From the human T2T-CHM13v2.0 reference genome, Homo sapiens, in NCBI RefSeq assembly GCF_009914755.1, contig NC_060925.1: a DNA stretch of 64,000 nt; one strand, 5' to 3'. The notes beneath the pieces are model-generated. The model ran no database searches, had not been told where the DNA came from, and saw only the letters and a program-made list of their open reading frames with translations. Below, piece after piece: positions 53,370 through 64,000 of the stretch. Both the position numbers and the translations under genes were made by a program. Position 1 is the first letter of the stretch; every line of letters starts with the position of its first letter.

Positions 53370-54080
53370 AAGTTTAATCTAGCGACTGTAACACTATTCT
53401 AGGCATTCTGCAAATACTAATCTACTCTTCACAAACAATCCTGAGAAGCTGGATCCTTAATTTACAGAAGAGAAAACTGAGGCACAGAAAGTCAAAGTAA
53501 CTTTTCGAATGATACATAGCTAGTGCTTGGTGGAGTCTGCCTTGGAAGGAAATTTGACACGGAGTCTTCTCTGCGGCTCAGCTGATGAAGAGGGGCAGCC
53601 AAAACCTAGCCAGGGAAAGGGACCTGGGCTCAACTCATTGCAGAGACCAGGGTCTTTACTGTGGGGTAGAAATCTGAGTTCAGTGCCAGCTGGATGATGC
53701 GCTCAGCCCACGGAGGGTCTCTGGGTTCATTCTTTCATGGTGGAGTGGAAAGAACACATGTTCGAATTTTAGTCACTGATCTCTGAACCTCAGTTTTCTC
53801 ATTTGTAAAATGGGGAGATAATGTCGACGTCACAAAGTTATGAGAACTAACTTATATGACCTTTAAAAGGTGGTGGTGAGGATAATAATGTATGGAACGT
53901 CACTCAGTCCACAGCCCAGGAAAACATCATATGCACTTGCATGGGAGTTCTGGTTATCATCATAGAGAAAGAAATTAAGACACAGAGAGATGTGACTTAG
54001 CCAAAACTTACAGTAACCCAAAGGAAAAGCCAGGACCCAAACTTTGGTGTCCAATTCCCAGTCCACAACTCTACTTTCCA
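53370..54080. mobile_element. Cluster of MIR fragments upstream of promoter 1a
   Basis: AAAACTGAGGCACAGAAAG (53473), CCTCAGTTTTCTCATTTGTAAAATGGGGA (53788), GAAATTAAGACACAGAGAGATGTGACTTAGCC (53971). Confidence 0.7.
53981..54008 (+). other. Cryptic 12-RSS, probable STIL-TAL1 type 2 deletion breakpoint
   Basis: CACAGAG (6/7) + exactly 12 nt + GCCAAAACT (6/9); same orientation, upstream of exon 1a. Confidence 0.6.
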
Positions 54081-55038
54081 TGCCAGGCTGATTTGTCCTT
54101 CTAGTGTCTCTGCTTTTGAGCTTTTTTTGGAGCCTGAGAACTGGGGGAAAACCCCTACTCTGGTAACAAACTGAGTCCCAGTCAAAGACTGAGCAGAGAG
54201 CATGGCCCCAGTCTGGGATCTGGCTTCTCCTTGGTCATCAGGTTGACCCTCTGAGAAGATACAGTTAATTCAGTGCCGCCTGTCCCCTCTGTTCCTCCTG
54301 TGCTCTCTGAAGGAAGTCAGGCTGTCATGGGGATACAGATAACTCTCACAGAATCCCACATCCTAAGAAAAAGTCTAGTTCCCCCCTACCATAAGGCCTT
54401 TGCTTGGCTCCATCACTTATTAGAAAATGAGAGTCATATAATTCTGAGTCTGAAACACAACTCTGCCATTCCTGGGCTGTGGGACCCTTAGAGAAGTGAT
54501 TTCATGTCTCTGAGCCACTGTAAAAACAGGCTAGCCATTCCCATATGGGAGAGCCCAGGTGGGGACTGCTTCTCTGAGAAAATGAGGCCTGGACTGAGAT
54601 CTAAGAGTGAAATTTGGGGGTGCGAAGAAGGGGGGTGGGGAGAAGCATCAGTATCCAGAACCTTCCAGGTGGGCTGAGGAAACAGCTGGACCAAGGGCTA
54701 GAACAGAAGGGTGGTAGGTTCGTGAAAAGAATAGAAAAGTGTCCAGTATGGCTGGAGCATGCTTGTGGACAAGTTAAAAGATTTTTTGACATTTTTTTGT
54801 TTGTTTGGTTTGAAGGTGGGGGTGGTACCTTGTATAGAATAAGATTTGCATTTCTAGAAAGTTCTTTGGATGAAGTGTGGAGGGGGAAGGACTCTGGGAG
54901 GCCAGTTGTGGAGCCAATGCAGTGGTTAGGGGAAGCGGATTAGAGCTTGGACCACTGTGCTGGCAGAAGAGATGACAAGAGGCAAGTGAAGATGACATGT
55001 ATTTGGGGTATAAAACTGGGTTTATAATAATTGGATTT

Positions 55039-55410
<372 letters not shown>

Positions 55411-55789
55411 CTAGTGGTGGTTATTCCTGGAGATGGGGAACCTGGAGGCTGAGGGGACATGGGGAGGGCTTATATATTTGGTTTTGAACTCCTTAAGTTT
55501 AGATGCCTTTGAGACACCTGCAGACTGTTGGATTATTTTACAGGGCATTAAATGTCCCCAGCCAGCACCTCCAAGGAAAGTGTCCTTTCCTGTGGTGAAG
55601 GAATATGGACAGGTGGAAAGGCGTTTCTCAGCCCTGTGGCAGAGGGTGTGCCCAGGCCTCTGTCTGTGGAGCGAGGAGGTGACGTTCACCAACCCTCCAA
55701 TTCCACACATTTGTTCTCTGCCAAGCTCCAGATTCTGACAGTCAGGCAGCCACTCCCGACCTCATCCACCAAAGCCCTGCCAGGGGCTG

Positions 55790-56290
55790 GGGTCTCATGA
55801 CGTCTACATCTGCCCCCTCCCCTGTTTCCGATGGTCAGTGGAAAAACGGAAGCTGTGCGCTAAGCGGGGCGCTGCCTGAAATAGCATCTGGTGCCTGTCG
55901 GTCAGCGAGTTGTCCGAGCGTCCACGAGAGAGTGACAGGCCGGGGCCCAGCCAGGAAATGCCACCCCTCCTCCACCCGCCCCAAACGGAGGCCCCAGTCG
56001 GGCAGGAAACCCGGAGCGCCTGGGGTGGGGGTGGCGAGGAGGGAGGGGAGGTTGAGACCCAGACTGGTAAGTCTGGAGTCTGGAACTGGGGCAGCAAGAG
56101 CAGGGGACAAGAACAGGCTAGCTAGGCTCTGGCCCTGAGGCCGTTGTTCCCCACCACCAAAGGTTGGGTTCTCCCTAAACCCCAAAGCCAAGCCTCTTAC
56201 CATTTTTCAAGTGTTTCTGCCTGCCCTCTCTGAGTACTGGACTATCTCTGAGCTTCTCCCCCGAGCTTCTTCTCCGGAAAGATGCCATGC
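55790..56290. promoter_or_regulatory. TAL1 -4 (mouse -3.8) haemato-endothelial Ets enhancer
   Basis: Small CpG-rich patch with clustered Ets cores (TTTCCG, CGGAAG, CAGGAAAT, CAGGAAAC, CCGGAAA), 3.1-3.5 kb upstream of 1a. Confidence 0.65.
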
Positions 56291-56339
56291 ATGCACTCTG
56301 ATGAGCAGCCGAGTTTATTTTTAACAAATCTACACTGCA

Positions 56340-56720
56340 GTTACTGTGTGACAAGTACTGTCCTAGGCACTTTGTAAGTATTAATTCAGTTAATCCTTGC
56401 AAGAACCTAATGAAGTAGGGACTACTCCATTTTGTAGGTAGCACAGAGAGGTTGAGCAACTTGCAGAGAACACCCAGCAGGTAAGTGGTGGAGGCAAAAT
56501 TCACACCTAGGGCAGTCTGGCTTCAGGCCACAGTGCTTCGAAAGCAGCAAAGCAAGCACAATGGTCAGGCAGACCTGAGCTCCTATCCCTGCTCCCCTAG
56601 TTGCCAGCTGTATGATACCAGGCAAATTACTTAATCTCTGAGGTTCACTTTCCTTATTTGCAGAAGAGAGGTGCTCATTTTCCATACATAATACTGTTTA
56701 TATAAGGATTATTTTTAATG
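56340..56720. mobile_element. Two MIR fragments in opposite orientations
   Basis: TAGGCACTTT...GCACAGAGAGGTTGAGCAACTTGC; GGCAAATTACTTAATCTCTG. Confidence 0.7.
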
Positions 56721-56930
56721 AGGAAAATTTCAATTTGAGGAAATGTCATTATTTCCCTCTTCCACTTTCAAAGGACTATTCTCTCCATTTTTGCCTCTGT
56801 CTCTTGCCCTGGAAGAACCCCTACCCCATCAGTAAGCAGGCCTCAAGAATTCCGAGCTTGGGAGTCACGTCTGTGCTTCCAAACCCCAACGCTGCTGTCA
56901 GAATTCTCAGGGATGGAAGGAACTTCACTC

Positions 56931-57108
56931 TCAGTGGCTCTCAAAGTGGATGGTCAGCATCACCGAGGAACCTGTTAGAAAAGCAAATTCTCAGGCCTCA
57001 CCCCAGGCCTACTACTACTACTCTGAGGGTGAGGCCCAGCAATTTGTTTTCACAAGCCTTCCTGATGATTTCTGACACACACACAAAATTTGAGAACCAC
57101 TTCTCTAG
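56931..57108. mobile_element. MER5A-like hAT element
   Basis: CAGTGGCTCTCAAAGT...CAAATTCTCAGGCCTCACCCCAG...TTTGAGAACCACT. Confidence 0.85.
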
Positions 57109-57154
57109 TTTACAACCCCCATCTGTAGCAAAGGCCAAAGTAAAATTGTGTTAA

Positions 57155-57768
<614 letters not shown>

Positions 57769-58399
57769 TGTGCTTTTTAATGTTTCAAAGCCATTTCCCT
57801 TTCCCTAACCCATGCGGAAGACCAAAGCATACAGAAGACCGAAGTTGCTTTCCAGACTTACAGAAGAGATAGTGTCTAAACTTAACTGTCCTCATGAGCA
57901 GAGAACCCCAATAGCTCTGCCATCAATGATTTTATTCCCAGAGCTGTTAGAAAAGGACAGAACATGTGCATAGCCACCAGTTCTCTGGCTAGCAAATAGT
58001 CGTTGATGCTCACTGAGACAGAGTCCTGGCCCAGGAGTACACATTAATACATGTGGACAAGACTCCTGGGCCCCTGAAGGGGACTCTATGTCCTGGGCAC
58101 TGCCATGTGTGCCTGCACTGCTTCCTGCTTCTGCCGCTGTTCTGTCTCTTGATCCTCCACTATAACCTGCCGGGCTGCTTGTGTGATCCCCACTTTAAAA
58201 ATGAGGAAACAGGCTCATCTCACCCAGTCACTCACTTGGTATACATCCAAGTCAGCTTAGCCCCGGTGTCTTCTCCATTCCTGCTGGCTAGAATGAACTA
58301 TGTGTTACTTTGGGAGAACTGTTTCAAAATCTTGAACACTTTGGATAGCATTGTGATATCCCCCGGTTTAAATCCTTTGACCTTAAAGAAGATAAATAG

Positions 58400-59440
<1,041 letters not shown>

Positions 59441-59679
59441 ATAAACGTTCTTTGTGGCCCCACATCAATCTTATGTTGTCCAGGAAACCTTTTCTGATCA
59501 ATACTGTCCTCAGCTGCATTTATATCTCCTCCTCTCACCACTTGCTCTCCTGATTAGCATACCCTGGAGCCCTCCGTTACAGTCTAACTCATGCTGCTCA
59601 GGGCCAGGCACACAGGGCACAAAAAAGGATCTGTAGACAAGGGAGGAACTGAATTAATGGTATTTGAAAAAGTGACAGA

Positions 59680-59790
59680 GACATCTGCCAGGAAGTAGGG
59701 TTACGTCTTTCTGTGACCCTCAGTTTATCTGTAATAGGAATGGGGTGGGGCAACCACAGGATCTCTCTCTCCCTTTTATCTCTTATCATC
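59680..59790. promoter_or_regulatory. TAL1 -7 kb element / MuTE super-enhancer insertion hotspot, wild-type allele
   Basis: AGGAAGTAGGGTTACGTCTTTCTGTGACCC at 59690-59719 is the recognised hotspot with no MYB-creating insertion; flanked by E-box 59682, ETS 59691, GATA 59725/59776/59782 and RUNX AACCACA 59752. Confidence 0.9.
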
Positions 59791-60453
59791 TCTTTCACTC
59801 TGCTTCTCATCATGCCATCTCTATTTTAAGCGCATGTGCATTCTCTCTGTCTCTAAGTCTGCTCCTCTTTCCTAACCCGGCCCTGTCTCTCCATCTCTGT
59901 CTTTAATCTGCCTCTCATCATTGCCTCCTTCCTCTTTTTTGGTCTCTGTTCAGGCTGTCAATAAGAGCTCCAGCTGTGCACAGGTACCCCATAGAAGCAA
60001 GGCATGCCGATTCTCTTGCCACATTCCCGACAGGCTGGACCTGTTAGAAAGGCATAAGCTGGTCTATCAGCTATATGGGACTGGGGAGAAGGGGAAATGA
60101 AAAGAAGGGTAGAAAGGGAAGGGGAGAGATTTGGAAAGTCACCGTTCAGGAGACACACACGCCTGGTACACTGGATGCAGGGGATTCGGCCTGCTGGACT
60201 CTGGCAGAAGCTCTGAGTTCCCAAGAAAAGCTGTGGCCCTCTCCTCCACACGGCCCAGCCCGTGTGCCCAGTCCAGAACCCATGCCACAGGACACAGCCT
60301 ATAGCTGATTAAGAGCACATGGTTGACTTTCACGCCACCCTGGACTAGAATGCCTCTTCAACAACTTAGCAGCTGATAACCCTAAGCAAGTTACATCACT
60401 TCTGTGTGCCTCAGTTTCCTCATCTCTAAAATAGAGGTAAAAATAACACATGA

Positions 60454-61018
60454 GGCCAGGCATGGTGACTCACGCCTGTAATCCCAACACTTTGGGAGGC
60501 CGAGGCAGGTGGATTACCTGAGGTCAGGTGTTTGAGACCAGCCTGACCAACATGGTGTAACCCCGTCTCTACTAAAAATAAAAAAAATTAGCCGGGCATG
60601 ATGGCGTGCTCCTGTAATCCCAGCTACTCAGGAGGCTGAGGCAGGAGAATCCCTTGAACCCTGGAGGTGGAGGTTGCAGTGAGAAGGAGAGGCAGGAGAA
60701 TCCCTTGAACCCCACCTCCCGGGTTCAAGCGGTTCTCCTGCCTCAGCCTTCTGAGTAGCTGAGATTACAGGCACCTGCCACCACGCCGGACTAATTTTTG
60801 TATTTTTAGTAGATGGGGTTTCACCATGTTGGCCAGGCTGGTCTTGAACACCTAACCTCAAGTGATCTACCTGCCTCGGCTTCCCAAAGTGTTGTAGCCT
60901 CATTCATTCATTTTATTCCACAGTTACTAAGTATCAATTTTTTTTTTTTTTTGAGACAGAGTCTCACTCTGTCACCCAGGCTGGAGTGAAGTAGTGCGAT
61001 CTCGGCTCACTGCAACCT
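60454..61018. mobile_element. Rearranged Alu cluster: plus Alu 60454-60683 (3'-truncated), minus Alu 60713-60892, minus Alu 3' fragment 60938-61018
   Basis: Alu consensus segments in opposite orientations, with a 24-bp duplication at the junction. Confidence 0.9.
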
Positions 61019-61247
61019 GTGAGGAGGGCAGTCATTCACTCTCTCTGGAACTCAGTTTCATAGTCTGTACAGTGGGCATGGCCCTTGCTTCTTTGTTTAT
61101 TTTAAACAAACACTTTCTGAGCAGTAGTGCTGGGCCCTGTGCTGGCTGCTGGGGATGTGAGGGGACCCAAGAATCCATTTGCACTGCCTCAGGAGACTAA
61201 GGTGTGTGCCTGCTAGAGGCTTACAAAAATTGAGAGGAATAGAATAA

Positions 61248-61618
<371 letters not shown>

Positions 61619-62139
61619 TCCCACATTGTCTTGTTTCCCCACACCCTTGGGGAATTGGGCCCTGCTGAACTGGGTGGCAGGAGGAGGGGGAAGGGTGAAC
61701 ACCACGTGAACCTCCTCAAGGCAGAGAGAGCCAAGGAGTTAGGTTGCCCTGGGACTCGCAGCGGAGCTGAAGGTCCTTCCTCTACTCCTGTGTCCCTTCC
61801 TCCAGCTCCTTCTCCTGTGTCCCTTAAACATGCCCACAACATGGTGCCAACCACACTTATCTTGGTGTCTGTGTACCCCACCAAGACTCTCAAAAACTGG
61901 GACCACATCCGTGGTTTGTCTATACCCCAGCATATCATGGAGGCAGAGTAGGAGCAAATATATGTATGTTTTAAAAATAAGAGGAGCAGAGACAGAGCTG
62001 GAGAAAGAAATTGAGAGAAAGGGAAATCACCCAGCAGGAACCTGGGCCATGAACTTGAAGGAAGCGGAACTGGCTAGCCCTCCTGGTCCTAGAAACCAGC
62101 CACAGGGAAATGTGAAAGTACATCCTGTATGTCCTTGTG

Positions 62140-62510
62140 AGGAGAGATAAATATTTCCATGACTGCATGAGCTGTGAGTCCCAGCCCCTTCCTGGGACAG
62201 CCCAGGAAATGCAGGCCTTAATGGGGGTTTGGGGATGGGTAGACTCTCCCTATCTCCACAGATGGTCTCTGTGCTGGGTTGGGAGGTGAGGGCAAGCAGA
62301 GGTCTTGGAGAGTCACAGCACAGGCCCCTCGTGTTTTTGGGGGTTTGGAGCAAGTCACTCACAGGAGTGACTCAGCTATAAAACATGAACCTGCTCCCCT
62401 TCCAACCAGCATCTAAGACCCAGTATCACTTTATCAAGGTAGGAACATCGGTTTTAGGGAACTGAAGCACATGCTTATTTCAACCTGCTGCTCCCAAGGG
62501 ATAAGGAGGA
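62140..62510. promoter_or_regulatory. Candidate TAL1 -10 kb element (GATA + AP-1/NF-E2-like)
   Basis: AGATAA ~62144, CTATCT ~62250, TGACTCAGC 62368-62376, TTATCA 62431, GATAAG 62500. Confidence 0.45.
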
Positions 62511-62524
62511 GAAAAAGAAGGAGA

Positions 62525-63030
62525 ACCTAGGCTCTGAAGCCACACAGGCCAGAGTTCAAATCCTGACTTCACCACTTAATTCACCTGTGTGGCCTTGGGC
62601 ATGTCACTTTACGCTTGAGTCTCCATTTCCTCACAGGGATAATCCTAATCTGATGTTCAGGTTAAGAGCATGGGATCTGGGCCGGGTGTGGGGGCCCACA
62701 CCTGTAATCCTAGCACTTTGGGAGTCTGAGGTGGGCAGATCACTTGAACCCAGTAGTTCAAGACCAATCTGGGCAACATGGTGAAACACCATCTCTACCA
62801 AAAAGAAGGGCATGAGATCTGGAACCAGACTGCCAAGATTTGAATCAGTATATTGGCTGTGTGAACTTGGGCCACATTACTTAATCTCTCTATTCCTATT
62901 TCCAGCCTACTAAATGGGAGATTAGAATAGTATCGACTTCATACAGTTGTAAGGAATAAATGAGTTAACAAATGTAACAGACTTAAGACATAGCAGGTGT
63001 GTTCAGTAAAGGTTAAGTATTGTTATTACT
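62525..63030 (+). mobile_element. MIR - FLAM (62679-62805) - MIR
   Basis: GTTCAAATCCTGACTTCACCACTT; single Alu arm flanked by GCATG(G/A)GATCTGG; CATTACTTAATCTCTCT. Confidence 0.8.
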
Positions 63031-63656
63031 GCACCAAATTGTGATGATTAGATGAAGGAATATGTGTAATAATGCTTTCCTTTAAACCCTACTGATCCCC
63101 AATGCGGCAAGCAAATAGTATTGGTTCCATAGCAGACAGTTTCTGGTCTTTAAAAAGATCTCTAAGAATAGTTTCATTTTCCTTCCCTCAATCTCATTCT
63201 TATTCCACTATCCTGAACCAGGAGTTTGTCACTTATTGCAGGTCTTTTCTTCTGATTTGTCCCATTTCTTGGTAATTCTGAGTACTTCTGAGTGTCTGCA
63301 TGTGAAGCTGCATATTTGCTTCCACTTACCTGGAAGGGCTATTTTGAGGTCTAAATGAGATACTGAGTAGGACTCTGATCAGTGTTAGATGAATATGATT
63401 CTGCACATATGAGTCCGAGCATGCACACATGCACACCTACAACACTAGGATCTAACAGCACCTTCTTTTTCTTCGTTATGCTCCTCAGAGTCTAGCACAT
63501 CGCCCATGACATAGCAGGAGCATTCAGCAGATCTTTTCCGTGTAGCTCTTCCTTGGACAAGAGGATCACACACAGTCCCTGTTCTTGAGGAGCTCCCAAG
63601 CTGGTTGTAATGAATTCTGAGAGGACAAGACAAGGACCAGAGAAAGCGCTATGGAA

Positions 63657-63922
63657 CTTCTTTTCTTTTCTTCTCTTTTCTTTTTTTTTTCTTTTCTTTT
63701 CTTTTCTGCAGCCTTGATCTCCTGCAGTCAAGTGCCTCAGTCTCCTGAGTAGCTGGGACTACAGGTGCACATGGCATCATACTCAGCTAATTATTTTATT
63801 TTTATTTTTTTGTAGAGACAGAGCCTCCCTATGGTGCCCAGGATGGTCTCAAACTCCTGGGCTCAAGTGATCCTCCCTCTCAAAATGTTGGGATTATAAT
63901 GCATGAGCCACCGTGCTTGGCC
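63657..63922 (-). mobile_element. AluJ-like element with internal deletions
   Basis: Diverged Alu; TSD-like GCTATG(G/A)A. Confidence 0.88.
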
Positions 63923-64000
63923 TGCTATGAAGTCTCTAAGAAGGATAATATCACTTCCACATGAGGATTCCAGGAAGATTCTTTTAGGATGGGAGGGGAG

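Noticed and set aside
59698-59707. Oncogenic MYB-creating insertion
   Set aside because: The sequence is the un-inserted wild type (GGGTTACGTC).

Overview
This is human (primate) genomic DNA that I recognise as the TAL1/SCL locus on 1p33. Two genes are encoded on the minus strand. PDZK1IP1/MAP17 has 4 coding exons between 3489 and 10342 (114 aa), with a ~1.3 kb 16/17-bp minisatellite filling most of intron 3. TAL1 has 3 coding exons between 40129 and 46295 (331-aa bHLH factor), non-coding upstream exons and promoters to ~52.8 kb, a spliced overlapping uORF, and a ~3.4 kb 3'UTR. Regulatory elements visible as motifs: the +51 erythroid E-box/GATA enhancer (~0.7-1.0 kb), a perfect CTCF motif (~13.5 kb), the Ets/Ets/GATA stem-cell enhancer (~32.45 kb) with an adjacent MIR, promoter 1a (GATA/Sp1/AP-1), the -4 Ets enhancer, two cryptic 12-RSSs oriented for STIL-TAL1 deletion, and the wild-type allele of the MuTE super-enhancer insertion hotspot (~59.7 kb). 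The rest is Alu/L1/L2/MIR/MER/LTR repeats. I see no prokaryote-type or wholly new gene system. The most unusual observations are several local templated-copy or rearrangement scars (an L2 fragment inside an Alu inside an L1; a duplicated 50-bp TAL1 polyA cassette next to an inverted 34-bp copy; a rearranged inverted-Alu hairpin near MuTE) and an apparent MIR origin for the MuTE hotspot and one cryptic RSS. Element names and repeat subfamilies come from recognition and memory, not a database search.
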